DNA of 64,000 nucleotides from Octopus sinensis (GCF_006345805.1 NC_043007.1:11284001-11348000), one strand, 5' to 3'; positions 50,424 through 64,000 are shown, numbered from the stretch's first letter. Made by a program: numbers and translations. The notes: generated from the sequence alone by a model not told the origin.

Positions 50424-51135
50424 TCTTATTTCTTTATTGCCTGCAAGGGGCTAAACATAGAGGGGACAAACAAGGACACACAAAGGGATTAAGTCGATTA
50501 CATCGACCCCAGTGTGTAACTGGTACTTAATTTATCAACCCTGAAAAGATGAAAGGCAAAGTCGACCTTGGTGGAATTTGAACTTAGTATGTAATGGCAG
50601 ATGAAATACCTATTTCTTTATTACCCACAAGGGGCTAAACATAGAGGGGACAAACAAGGACAGACATAGGTATTATGTCGATTACATCGACCCCCGTGTG
50701 TAACTGGTACTTAATTTATCGACCCCGAAAGGATGAAAAGTAAAGTCAACCTCGGCGGAATACGAACTCAGAACGTAGCGGCTGACGAAATACGGCTACG
50801 CATTTCACCCGGCGTGCTAACGTTTCTGCCAGCTCGCCGCCTTATATTTAGTAAATTAAGTACCAGTTACATACTGGGGTCCATGTAATCGACTTAATCC
50901 CTTTGTCTGTCTTAGTTTGTCCCCTCTATGTTTAGCCCTTTGTGAGCAATAAAGAAATAAGAATTTGAATTCAGAACATTAAGTCAGAAGACGTGCTTCT
51001 TCTCTGCATTATATCTGGTTTGTGTAACTGGTACTTAATTTATCAACCCCGAAAGGATGAAAGGCAAAGTCAACCTTGGTGGAATTTGAACTTAGAACGT
51101 AATGGCAGATGAAATACCGATAAGCATTTCGCCTT
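50424..51135 (-). mobile_element. Family B1 cluster with mixed orientations
   Basis: Minus dimer 50424-50843, plus fragment about 50850-50960, minus fragment about 51020-51130. Confidence 0.8.
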
Positions 51136-51577
51136 CGGGCGCATACATCTTACCACACAGCCATACCTACAACTGCTTGTTTCAGATCTTTCATCACGGT
51201 GCTCCAGCATGGCCCATAGTCCAATGACTGAAACAAGCAAAAGATAAAAGATAAACAGAAAGGAAATTTGAGAACAGAGGCCCTTACATAGGATGGTGGG
51301 GGAGGCTGAAGTCTAATGTTTAAAAGGATGCTTTTAGTTGGAGGGTTAAAGGTTAGTCATTTAGGAATGCAAAGTAATTTATCAATAATATGTGGATGAT
51401 TAAAGCAAAATGAAGCCAGGATAGGATCATTAAAGGACAGAAAATGGCTGGGTAATGGTGGAGTGGTGATGATGGTGGTAGTGGTGATGGTGATGGCTGT
51501 AGTGGTAGTGGTGGTGGTGTAGTGTACAAGTGGTGAATCTGTGAAATTAATTGTGATACATACACACACACAAACAC

Positions 51578-51608
<31 letters not shown>

Positions 51609-52412
51609 TTTATGTATATATTTATGGATGTATGTGTATGTATATATATATATACATATATATTTGTATATGTGTGTGTGAGTCGATGTATATGTACATG
51701 TATATATATGTATGTATATATGTATATATATACTTATATACATGTGTGTGTGTGTGTTTGTGTATGGAAGATATTTAGTTAAGAGGTAGAACGAGACGAA
51801 AAAAAATAGTGAACAAAAATAATTACTGTATGGGAAATATGTGTGTGTGTATGTGTGTATACATATATACCTACACACATACACACACACATATGCATAA
51901 TATATATGAAGAAAGAGGACAGCTTGAGCAAAACAATAACACAAGAATGGCTGATTATTCATAGTGGCATAATAAAAAAACATATAGGAATATTAAATAA
52001 TATAATATAATATAATATGTAATATAATATAATGTGTAATATAATATAATATAATATATAATATAATATAATATAATATAATACGGCAAGAACCTATTGC
52101 AACAGAATAAAGTAAACATTATGATCAAATATGCCAATGTAATATAACAGAGGAACCTACAGTAAAATATTGAGGATAATTAAAAGAACGCTATGTGTAA
52201 AATTCATCACCATCATTATCATTGTCTGTGAACATCCATTTTCCATGCTGGTATGGGTTGGATAGTTTGACAGAGTCCATTGAGTTGCAGAGCTGCACCA
52301 GGCACCTGTGTCAGTTTTGGCACCTCACAGTATAGAAACATTTATCATGGCATCAGCAGGTAAATTGGAAAAAGTGTTACTGCAAAGGATAGCAAGGGAG
52401 ATGCGCTGGAAG

Positions 52413-52836
52413 GAGGAATTACAACCGTGTTTCGTGGTCTGCTACCACAACAGCTCCTTTATAGGATCCAGTTAGCTCAAGACATCATCAGGAGGAACCA
52501 TGTCCGGTTTTGGCCCCTAATCCTCTACCGTTTTGACGTGACGCCCCACCACTTTTGGAGGTGTCTTCAGCTCTGGTGTTGGGTGCATGTCTTCTTTCTT
52601 CTGTTCCTTGGCCTCTTCAATGTATCATCAGTGAGTGTCAGCTGGTGACTGACTAACTTGTCAAATTTTTCCCTTTAAATACCTGCCGCTAGGCTCCAGC
52701 AGGTAGCCCCAGCAAGTTGTCACATGACACTGTCTCACCTTAACTGACTAGTGAAAGCGCATAGTCTTAGCCTGCGCATTCTCTAAACGACCGTCACCTG
52801 TCAGTCAGCGAAGCTGATTCAGTGTCAGCTTGTCTC
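52413..52836 (-). mobile_element. Second copy of the 425-bp GC-rich segment at 39223-39648
   Basis: Colinear reverse complement, roughly 90% identical by eye, same 3' end (...GAAACACGGTTGTAATTCCTC). Confidence 0.85.
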
Positions 52837-53953
52837 TGCTCTGATAGCTGGAGACTCTTTGAAATGCCAAGAATGTTACAGTGTGTACAGGGTGTTTTTT
52901 ACATGCCACCAACTCTAGTCGGGTCACCAAGCAAGTTGCAGCAAGGAAAAATAGTGGAAAAGGAAAAAGCCTTCACAACTAAGTGGGGTGAGTCTTTGAG
53001 AGGGAGATTATTTTATGTCAGGTGCTGTCAGCGTTTTTCAACCAGGCTCCCTAGACCCCTCGGGTTCTGCAAAAGGTTCCTAGGGGTTCCATAAGAAAGA
53101 GTGAGGTAAGCTAATGCTAATTTCATGATCTTAATGTTACTATACATGCACAATATATTATTGGTCATTGTAATATTGTAATATAGACATCGTCCTACAG
53201 CCATCTGGTTTGCCAATCCTTAGTTAAATCGTCCAACCCATGCCAGCATGGAAAGCGGATGTTAAAATTATGATGATGATGATGATGATGATGTCTGTGT
53301 GTGTGTATGTATATATGTGTGTATGTGTGTGTGTACATATGCATGTGTGTGTGTGTGTGTTTGTCTGTGTTGTCTTTGTCCACCAGCACCATCTGAAAAC
53401 CAATGTTGGTTTATTTACATCCCAGTAACCTAGCAGCTCGGCAAAGGAGACTGGTTGAATAACTTTCCATCGATTCATTGAAGGTGGTGTGCTCCAGCAT
53501 GACCATGGTCCAATGATCGAAACAATAAAAGAAAACCAAAAAAAGGAGAAACAACATCAAAAGATAAAAGATAGCAACATTTAGAGTTGCCAGATACAAA
53601 GTCTATTAATATGAAATCTATTAATTATTAATTATCACAAGTCTATTAATTATTATTTTATTGGTTCCAACCAATTGGCTGTGGTGGCCATGCTGGGGTT
53701 TTTCATCAAGGATAATGTTTACAACTCAACCAGTTTCACCAAACACACATCTATATAATAATCAGGTTTGACACTGCTTAAGAACTCTATTCAGGTGGGA
53801 ATTGATCAAGTTTGTGTGATATATCTCTGAGCTATATATCAACATTTTTCTTCCATGAGTTATTGCCGAAGTTATTCAACGCTTCTGAGTCATTAATCTC
53901 ACATTTTTTTCATCTTACTTTGTTTGACATAACACTGCGATCACTTCTACAAC

Positions 53954-53984
<31 letters not shown>

Positions 53985-54264
53985 TTTTTTTTTTTTTTTT
54001 TTCTATCACTACATTTGTGTTCTGCTGTATTTTAAACTATTTCGCTGTTCAGCTTTGATGTACACTACACTTTAGTTTTAATGGCCGGGTTGTATGGAGT
54101 TAAGAAGCTTGCTTCCCAACCAATGTGGTCTTGAGTTCGGTCCCACTACACAGCAGCTTGGGCAAATGATTTTATTATATATAACCCAGGGACGATCAAA
54201 GCCTTTGGAATTCATTTGGTACATGGAGTCTGTGTGGAAGTCCATCATTCGCAGAAAGCCACCG

Positions 54265-54670
54265 CCAATGCTGAAACATAAGCACGCTGGGCAAAATGCT
54301 TAGTGGTATTTCGTTTGCTGCTACGTTCTGAGTTCAAATTCCGCCGAGGTCTTTGCCTTTCATCCTTTCAGGGTTGATTAAATAAGTACCAGTTATGCAC
54401 TAGGGTCAATTTAATCGACTTAATCCATTTTGTCTGTCCTTGTTTGTCCCCTCTGTGTTTAGCCCCTTGTGGGTAGTAAAGAAATAAGTATTTCATCTGC
54501 CATTAAGTTCTGAGTTCAAATTCTGCCGAGGTCGACTTTGCGTTCATCCTTTCGGGGTCAATTAATTAAGTACCAGTTATGCACTGGGGTCAATGTAATC
54601 GACTTAATCCCTTTGTCTGTCCTTGTTTGTCCTCTCTATGTTTAGCCCCTTGTGGGTAGTAAAGAAATAA
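54265..54670 (+). mobile_element. SINE family B1 dimer
   Basis: Near-TSD AGA(A/C)AGCCACC. Confidence 0.85.
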
Positions 54671-55173
54671 GACAGCCACCTCCCTCGATCCTATCCACCC
54701 ACTCCACCACTCGAAAGGACTTTGTGTAGTTACTTGGTGACCCTATTGGTGCTGGTGCCATGTAAGAAGCATTCAGTACTCTGTAAAGTGGTTGGCATTG
54801 AGAAGGGCATCCAGCTGTAGAAATCATGCCAAAACAGACAACAGAACTTGGCACAGTCTTCCTGCTTGCTACTTCTTGTCAAACCATGTAACCCATGCCA
54901 GCATAGAGAATAGACATCATTGATGATGATGACGTTGATGATTGTGATTGTGACGATGATGATGATGATGATAGATATATATATGTATATATATATATAT
55001 TCTATAATTATAAACATAATTATAATTAGGGGTCAGCTAATTGCTTCACCATGCACTGATTTTAGAACTAGGAGCTCAAAGATCTCAATTAATTGATAAG
55101 TAATTAATTAATTTTACCCTTTTATCATTAATATTGAAATTATATATATATATATATGCATATACATACATAC

Positions 55174-55205
<32 letters not shown>

Positions 55206-55280
55206 ATGCATATACATACGTATATATATATACATACATATATATATATATTATATATATATATATATATAGATAGATAG

Positions 55281-55495
55281 TTCAAATTTATGGAAAACAA
55301 AAGATGAAGACAGGTGAGGGAACAAGTGGGTGTATCAGTTTGATGCTCGGGAAAATGGAAAAGCCATTGATGTTTTGAGTCTATGCTCTTTGGCAGAAAG
55401 GGCTGAGAGGAAAAGTACAGAGAGAGAAAGAACAAATAAACGAAAGTGAAGAGAGAAAATCTGTAGGGATTAACAGTTGAACATGAAAAAATGTA
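55281..55495 (-). mobile_element. Decayed second copy of the hammerhead-bearing repeat
   Basis: Reverse complement CCCTTTCTGCCAAAGAGCATAGACTCAAAACATCAATGG...CCCGAGCATCAAACTGATAC aligns to 5833-5905 with several G>A changes. Confidence 0.65.
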
Positions 55496-55532
55496 TGCAT
55501 ATATATATATATATATATATATGTATATTGTA

Positions 55533-55929
55533 GCCGCATGAATGGCTGTGTGGTAAGTAGCTTGCTTACCAACCACATGTTTCCGGGTTCAGTCCCACTG
55601 CATGGCACCTTGAGCAAGCGTCTTCTACTATAGCCTTGGGCCGACCAAAACCTTGTGAATGGATTTGGTAGATGGAAACTGAAAGAAGCCTGTTGTATAT
55701 ATGTATATATATGTGTGTGTGTTTGTGTCTGTATTTGTCCCCCCAATATCACTTGACAACTGATGCTGGTGTACTTATGTCCCTGTAACTTAGCAGTTCA
55801 GCAAAAGAGACCAATAGAATAAGTACTTGGCTTACAAAGAATAAGTCCTGGGGTCGATTTGCTTGACAAAAGGCGGTACTCCAGCATGGCCACAGTCAAA
55901 TGACTGAAACAAGTAAAAGAGTAAAGAGT
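55533..55929 (+). mobile_element. SINE family A
   Basis: Full-length homolog. Confidence 0.9.
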
Positions 55930-56640
55930 ATATCATCATCATCATTGTCATCGTCATCATCATCATCATCATCGTCGTCGTCGTCATCATCATCATCTAT
56001 GAATCTTAATCCAGCTTTGATTCCAAGCTAAACTTGTGTAGTACATTGTTATTGTCTACATTTATATATTCTACTTTGGTCTGCAGTTTGCTTGCGTCCT
56101 TCTATAAGTCTAAATCACACTTGAGTTCTACTGTACTCGACTCTGCATCTGTGTTTGACTTTGCTCTGCACTAAATTTGTTGTTCTCTCCTACTTTGGTT
56201 AGCACTGCTTTTGGATATTTTCTTTCTTTGACCATCTTTATAAACACACATACATCATATTGGATTTCTAAAAACATTCAGAGAACGAACTGGCGGAAAC
56301 TTAGTTTTGAACAAAGAAAGACAAAAGATGAGTTTTAAAAGGTTCTTATAATCAATATTTAGTTGTTGAAAGTCATGTCGAGACTTTATAAGCTTCTATG
56401 ATTCAGTCTTGAGCAACTTTTAATAGAAAAGGCTAGCTATTGTCTCTAAACAAAATATGTTATGTTAGTTACACCAGAGTGACATAAAGATTTTGGAGAT
56501 GTTTTCAAAATGTTTAAATACAATGCATTGTAAACCATTTTACTTAAGTTATCACATACAACGTTTTCGATTTTCGTGATTATTAACACTTGGATACAAA
56601 ACTTACAAGTGTTTCTTCTCTAAAGAAGACAGAACTGCTG

Positions 56641-56974
56641 AGACCCCCCTTTGGTCATGACTGACCGTGGGATTGCACCTAGAAAGTTACCCTCCCAGGC
56701 ACAAGTCTGAGCAAGGTTGTTTATAGAAGACCAGCAGTCGCCCATGCATACCGGCCTCCCCTCCCCACGCCACCAGTGTTATCCAAGGGAAAGGCAAGGG
56801 CTGATACAGCTTGGCACCTGTGACGCTGCAACTCATTTCTACAGCTGAATGAACTGGAGCAACATGAAATAAAGTGTCTTGCTCGAGAACACAACACGCT
56901 GCCCGGTCCAGGATTCGAACTCACAACCTCACGATTGTAAGCTTGATGCTCTAACCACTGAGCCATGTGCCTTC
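56641..56974 (-). mobile_element. SINE family D with tail Z
   Basis: Reverse-complement homolog. Confidence 0.85.
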
Positions 56975-58325
56975 ACACAAAGAAGACAGAACTATTTTTT
57001 ATGAATTATGTAAGAGTTGAGCAACATAGTACCAAGGCTGCATGGTTAAGAAGTTCACATAACAATCAGGGGGTTTCAGGTTCACTTCCGCAGTGCAGCA
57101 CCTTGGGCAAGTGTCTTCTACTATATTCCTTCTGAGTGAATTTGGTAGATAAAAATGTTTAAAGCACATTGTGAATGAATGCATGTATGCATGCTCACAT
57201 GTATGTATGTCATTATTCAAATTTTATTTCAAAAATTTTGCCAATAGAGAAAGAACTTGTTTCTAACCGAGATCCAAGGTTCTTTCATTAAAATTTCAAT
57301 AACATCAACAGGGTATTTTTGTATGTATATATGTATATGTGTATATTTGTATGTTTTGTTTTATGTATGTCTTCTCATGCATATACTTGCATGTCTAGAC
57401 ATGCTCATATATACTTAAATGATAAACTTTTGGAAAGTTTTACAGATTTTTACAGTTCCAGTGATGGCTTAGATCTGTAGTCTTCAAATCAGCTTTCTCC
57501 TTTCTGTTTTATGTATGTATATATGTATGTATGTATGTATGTATGCATGCATGCATGCATGCATGTATGTATGTATATATGCATGTATGTATGTATGTCT
57601 ATGTATGTATGTATGTATGTATTTATGTATGTATGTATGTATGCATGCATCCATGCATGCATGTATGTATATCTTTGTATATATGTATGAATGTGTGTAT
57701 GTATGTATGAATGTGCGTATGTATGTATGTATGCATGCATGTATATATGTATGTATGTGAAGTTGTCATTTCCCCTGTAATCAAATCCTTCACTAGCTTT
57801 GTACTTTCAAAAGGTTTGGAATAAGAGATCCCTTCCTTGAAAGACAGGTAAGGGTTAGTGACAGGAAGGGCAGCAGGCTGTAAAAGGATTCTTAAATGAC
57901 ATATTTGTGTATTTCCTGCTAGTATGGAAAGATATATGTATACGTATGGGTATGTATCAGTTTGTGTGTGTAAGTGTATGTGTATGTGTGCGTATCTATT
58001 TGTCTGTGTATGTGTATGTAAGTGTACATATACATGTGAGTATGTGTGCATAAATGTATATGTAAATGTGCATATATGTATATGTACATATATATATATA
58101 TATATGTAAGATTATGCGTGTGAGTTGCAGAATATCTATAAACGAATTTAATCGCTTTGATAATCAAGATAAGAAACAAGAAGAAAGACATTTCACTGAA
58201 ATATATTTCATTTAGAAAGTAGCAAAGAAAGGCCTCCCTAGTATAGTTAAGTAAAACTAATCAGTGAGGAAGGCCACCGCATACATAGAAAAATCACAAG
58301 GGAAATAACTTCAGTATCTGAACAG

Positions 58326-58426
58326 AGAAGATAGTTAAATTCTCCATGGCACAAGTAGCGGTAAGCTTGCGATTGGTTGACACTAAACACATCTCCCACT
58401 TGGAATATCTTCTTCATATTCTGATA
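58326..58426 (+). CDS. Candidate coding exon (phase 1-0)
   Basis: GAACAG acceptor, GTAAGT donor; KIVKFSMAQVAVSLRLVDTKHISHLEYLLHILI. Confidence 0.45.
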
Positions 58427-59141
58427 GTAAGTGGGAGGTGAAAGAAATTGTGTATTTAATTCTTTATTTTTCTTTCTTTCTTTCTTTCTTTCTTTTTTTT
58501 TTCTGAATTTATTATTTTGATCCTCTAAATGTAAATGAATAATTTTCAGAAGAAACGAACGGAAAATAATTGTCCAACATATAGCAGTACCAGTAAATCC
58601 AAAGACATAGTTTTCAACAGATACACTAAAGCTAATAATCCTTCTTTCTACTATAGGTACAAGGACTGAAATTTTGAGGGGACGGAGAAGTCAATTACAC
58701 CAACAACAGTATTCAACTGGTACTTATTTTCCAATAATAATCAAATATATAGAGGCAGACGTGGCTCTGTGGTAAGAAATATGCTTCCCAAATACATGGC
58801 ACTGGGTTCAGACCCACTGAATAAGTAAGTATCTTCTACTACAGCTCTGGGCCAACCAAAGCCTTGGTAGGTGGAAACTGAAAGAAGCTGATTGTATATG
58901 TACATATGTCTATTATATAAAATCCATTCTTTCTGTCTGTGTGTGTGTCTTCTAGGATCTTGGGCATCCTCCATCCGATTGCACACAAAACAAGTAAAAG
59001 ATAAAGATAAGTAATCAGTTAGTGACATTTTATGTTTGCGTCTACATTACTAAAGATGTACATATACATACTTTAATCTAATGCTGTTTATATTGATTTT
59101 ACTTAAGTCTGGCCAACAACTGCTTTGTTGGTTCTATATAG

Positions 59142-59217
59142 GAGCTGAAGTTCCTAGCCAACTCCAAATTACCAGAGATATTCTTTACTGAGGAGAGGAA
59201 ATTAAACCAAAACATTA
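59142..59217 (+). CDS. Candidate coding exon (phase 0-1)
   Basis: GTTCTATATAG acceptor; ELKFLANSKLPEIFFTEERKLNQNI; phase-compatible with 58326-58426. Confidence 0.4.
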
Positions 59218-59817
59218 GTGCTTGATTTTCTTGATATCATTCAGAATATGTTGTGCTTTTTAACACTCAGATACTCTAAAGAAAAGATATTCTCTGAGAT
59301 ATACATACGTATGTTCTACTGATGTGAATATCTTTTTGATATATCAAGATTACAAATTTACATTTATACAGATAGCTTAACTGACCGGATAAGCTTGGAT
59401 TTTCAGAAAAAGAAATCAACCAACTAACTTGTGCATTACAACTACAATCAATAAGTGGAACAGTAAAAATATGCAACACTTTTCACAAGTTTAAAATATG
59501 ACATTGTTTTTGATATTTACATTCATATGATGGAGCTTTGTATTTTGTTAGAAGCAAGTTCCTTCATCAGATGAAGAATCTAAATAATTAAAAAATGGAA
59601 AAGAACATACATATAATTTTCACATACAGTTCATAATTTATGTTCAACAGCTGTTTCACTGGCAATAAACATCATTACATAACTCATTAAGATACATAGT
59701 TAATTAATAAATTTATTTATTTATGCTTTTCTACTTTCTGCTTTATAAGCATGCATATATATACGTGTGTGTGCATGTGTGTGTGTATATATATATATAT
59801 ATTATATATATATATAC

Positions 59818-60001
59818 ACAAAATAAGAAAATGGAAAAATATATCTAAATCATTCATCAACTATCAGATAATACAGAATCATATACTTTATTAAAACACT
59901 ACACTAATGCTCTTGTGTAGTGTTTTAATAAAGTATATGATTCGGTATTATCTGATAGTTGATGAATGATTTAGATATATTTTTCCATTTTCTTATTTTG
60001 T
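59818..60001. repeat. 87-bp-stem hairpin with 10-nt loop
   Basis: Arms 59818-59904 and 59915-60001, one mismatch, loop TAATGCTCTT. Confidence 0.95.
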
Positions 60002-60991
60002 ATTATTAATTTATGGTAAAAATAATTTTACCTTTGCCCACCTAATACAGTAAATGAATTAATTGCATCGCAATTCTTAACATTTATGTATTAGCTTTGT
60101 TGGGTACTTCTCTAGCAGTATATTGGATATATGTTATCCCATGGAGGGTTGAATTTACAACCCCTGTCTCATTTTATATATATATATATATATATATAAG
60201 CATATTTTAATTTAGAGCTAATTTTGATCAGCCACCTGTTTTGTAACGAGCTTGTGATGAAAAGCAGTTTTTGCTCACCATCCTTTCAATCTTAAGGTAA
60301 ATCTGAAATTCTTGTAGATTTTTATTGTCTCAAATATTGTGATTATTTGTAATGTATGAATTAAAACATTGCATTTTCTTCCCCTAGGACCCTATACCAG
60401 TCATGCTTTGTTCCACGTGGATTGTTACATATTCTGTTGCTACAATAATAATGGGTGTAAGGCGGTAAGCTGGCAGAAACGTTAGCACACTGGGCAAAAT
60501 GCTTAGCAGTATTTCGTCTGTCTTTACATTCTGAGTTCAAATTCTGCCAAGGTCGACTTTGCCTTTCATCCTTTTGAGATTGATAAATCAAGTACCAGTT
60601 GTGTTCTGGGGTCGATCTAATCGACTGGTCCCTTCCCCAAAAATTCGGGCCTTGGGCCTAAAGTAGAAAAGAATAATAATAGGTGTAAAGCTGAAAATGT
60701 ATGTATATATATATGTATGTATGTATGAATGTATGTATGCATGCATGTATGTATGTATGTATGAATGTATGTATGTATGTATGTATGAATGTATGTATAT
60801 ATATATGTATGAATGTATGTATGTATTATGAATGTATGTATGTACATATGTATCTATGTATGTATGTATGTATGAATGTATGTATGCATGCATGTATGTA
60901 TGTATGTATGTATGAATGTATATATGTATTATGAATGTATGTATGTACATATGTATCTATGTATGTATGAATATATATATGTATGTATGTA

Positions 60992-61375
60992 TTCTTTTAT
61001 TCTTTTATTTGTTTCAATCATTTTACTATGGCCATGCTGGAGCACCACCTTTAGTCGAACAAATCGACCCCAGGTCTTATTCTTTGTAAGCCTACTACTT
61101 ATTCTGTTGGCCTCTTTTGCTGAACTGCTAAGTTACAGTTACATAAACACACCAGCATCGATTGTCAAGCAATGATGGGTTGGAGAACAAACACACACAC
61201 ACACACACACAGAACCGGCTTCTTTCAGTTTTCATCTACCAAATCTACTCACAAGGCTTTGGGCAGCCTGAGGCTATAGTAGAAGACACTTGCTCAAGGT
61301 GCCATGCAGTGGGACTGAACCCAGAACCATGTGGTTCATAAGCAAGCTACTTACCACACAGTGGCTCCTGTGCCT
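60992..61375 (-). mobile_element. SINE family A
   Basis: Full-length; a partial tandem copy follows at about 61400-61510. Confidence 0.85.
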
Positions 61376-61956
61376 GTATGTATTGTTTAAGATACATAAG
61401 AGCTTCTTTCAGTTTTCGTCTACCAAATCCACTCACAAGGCTTTGGGCAGCCTGAAGCTATAGTAGAAGACACTTGCCCAAGTTGCCACACGGTGTGACT
61501 GAACCCAGAAGTATGTATGTATTTATAAAAAACTAACCTAAGCAAGTTACATCAAAATATTTAAAGAATATATATATATATATATTTAAATAAAGTGTAT
61601 TTAAAAATAATACATACCAAATCCCATGAGCTAAATACTAAAATATACCTCACCAAATATCAAGAATGAAGAAATACAATTATATATTTTTCACCTTTTA
61701 TAAAAAGAAACAAAGACAAAAACACAAGAATCTTAAATGATTTTCAAAGATATAAACTATTGATCACGTTGAGAAAAAATATTTGCTGATATATATGTTT
61801 GTGTTTGTGTGTGTATGTAACACATACACACACACGTGCATGCACACACACTTATATATATATGCATACATTTTGTACACACACACATATATATATATAT
61901 AGAAAGAGAAAGAGAGAGAAGGAGAAAGAGAGATACATACATATATACATACACAC

Positions 61957-61987
<31 letters not shown>

Positions 61988-62087
61988 GATATATATATAT
62001 GTGTGTGTGTATATATGCATATATAAATATATATATACACACACACATATATATTGTTTATATATACATACATACATATATATATGC

Positions 62088-62118
<31 letters not shown>

Positions 62119-62469
62119 CATGTGCGTGTGTATATGTATATATATATACACTTGTATACAGATATAAATACATATTTACATACATATGAATATATATATA
62201 TGTGTATGTGTTTACACAAGCACACACACGCACATACATTTATACACACAGGCACACAATTATTCATTTATATCTTTTGAGAGTTTGTTCTTTGTAGAGA
62301 TGGGTTTTTAAAAAATTTTTTTTTTTCCAAGACTGTCCACTTAACAGATGGCTTAGTTAAAAGATTCTGACTTCAATACTAAAAGGAAACCTAACAAAAC
62401 AGAAACAAACCGGAAATGTCTATAGCAAATGTTTTTTTATTTTTCATCTTTGCTCTCTCACTCTACCTC

Positions 62470-62472
62470 TCA

Positions 62473-62540
<68 letters not shown>

Positions 62541-62623
62541 GTCTGTCTATCTAGCCATCTATCCACCTGTCTATCTATCTACCTACCTACCTATCTATCT
62601 ATCTTATCAACCTATCTACCTAC

Positions 62624-62667
<44 letters not shown>

Positions 62668-62873
62668 TTTTTAACTCCCCCCCTTTTTTATCCTCTTTCT
62701 TTCCTTTTACGATCCCTTTTGATCGAACCCCCCCCTTTTTTTTACCCCCAAAAGAAAAGCTCTACCTCGTAATTTGTTCTATCTGTGTGCAGCCCTGTGT
62801 GGCTAATAAAGAAACATATCTTATCTATCTATCTATCTTATCTATCTATCTTATCTATCCATCTATCTTATCC

Positions 62874-62916
<43 letters not shown>

Positions 62917-62917
62917 C

Positions 62918-62966
<49 letters not shown>

Positions 62967-63000
62967 ATCTATCTATCTTATCTATCCATCTATCTTATCC

Positions 63001-63043
<43 letters not shown>

Positions 63044-63044
63044 C

Positions 63045-63083
<39 letters not shown>

Positions 63084-63117
63084 CATCTATCTATCTATCT
63101 ATCTATCTTATCTATCC

Positions 63118-63152
<35 letters not shown>

Positions 63153-63153
63153 C

Positions 63154-63198
<45 letters not shown>

Positions 63199-63256
63199 AT
63201 CTATCTATCTTATCTATCCATCTATCTTATCCATCTATCTATCTATCTATCTATCC

Positions 63257-63303
<47 letters not shown>

Positions 63304-63304
63304 C

Positions 63305-63353
<49 letters not shown>

Positions 63354-63374
63354 ATCTATCTATCTTATCTATCC

Positions 63375-63428
<54 letters not shown>

Positions 63429-63450
63429 ATCTATCTATCTATCTGTCTAT
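62470..63450. repeat. (ATCT)n satellite, about 1 kb with a short interruption
   Basis: Directly visible; recurring ATCC/ATCTT variants. Confidence 0.95.
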
Positions 63451-64000
63451 CTGTTTGTCTTATGCATAAGAGAGAAGAATAAAGAGAGGAAAAAAGAGAG
63501 AATGATAACCAAAAAAAGAGAAAGTGTGTGTGTGTGAGTGTCTTCTCTTGAGTTTGAGTGGTTTTGTGTATGCATGTGTAAATGTATATCTATAAGTGAA
63601 CATGTGCGTTTCTGTTAATGCATCAATGTGTTTATCTCTTTGCAAGAGTGTGTAAGGATGCGCAGGTGTGCATATGTATATGTACGGATGTGTTATTTTA
63701 ATATGTGCATATGAGTGCATTTGTGTATACGTGTATGCATGTATGTGAATGTGATGGCTTTAGAAGAGTACATGTGAGTGGGTTTGTGAACATGTATGTG
63801 CAGGTAAGTGTGTTAAGATGTGTATTTAAGAGTACATGTAGGTGTGTGTGTGCTCATGTATATGTATGCTGGTGTGGTTGTGTGGTGCGTGTGTGGTGTG
63901 TGTGGTGTTGTGTTTGGGTGTGTGTTTTGTGTTTGGTGTGGGTGTGTGGTGCTTGTGGTGTGTTGTGTGTTGTGTGTGTGTGTGTTTGCTTGTGTGTGTG

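Noticed and set aside
59500-59680. Minus-strand CTGATGAAGGAA and GAAACAGCTGT motifs as ribozymes
   Set aside because: Each has only half of the core; too degenerate to call, at most PLE relics.
2760-63537. Dozens of track ORFs rich in YI, HT, CV, MYV, LSIY, poly-H/P/D/M
   Set aside because: Translations of TA, CA, TACA, ATCT and CAT microsatellites that lack stops by composition.

Overview
AT-rich, repeat-saturated eukaryotic genomic DNA. The repeat landscape matches what I recall of Octopus (coleoid cephalopod) genomes; this is an inference, not a database hit. Most of the window is microsatellite plus at least four tRNA-headed SINE families (my labels A, B, C, D) and an RTE-tail repeat (E). 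It also holds truncated LINE ends (CR1-like, RTE-like, HERO-like), two decayed Tc1/mariner transposases, non-autonomous Helitrons and piggyBac-type MITEs. Small AG/GT-bounded, frame-compatible segments suggest one or more unidentified plus-strand multi-exon genes. Almost all ORFs in the supplied track are microsatellite or repeat artefacts. Best leads: (1) a 1980-bp retro-element (30552-32531) encoding only an L1/Tx1-type ORF1 zinc-knuckle protein, with no RT, inserted with a 16-bp TSD into the tRNA head of a SINE, whose 3' end resembles the tail of SINE B1; (2) a dispersed repeat carrying a minimal hammerhead-ribozyme fold (5831-5872); (3) several long near-perfect fold-back inverted repeats next to (TA)n tracts.
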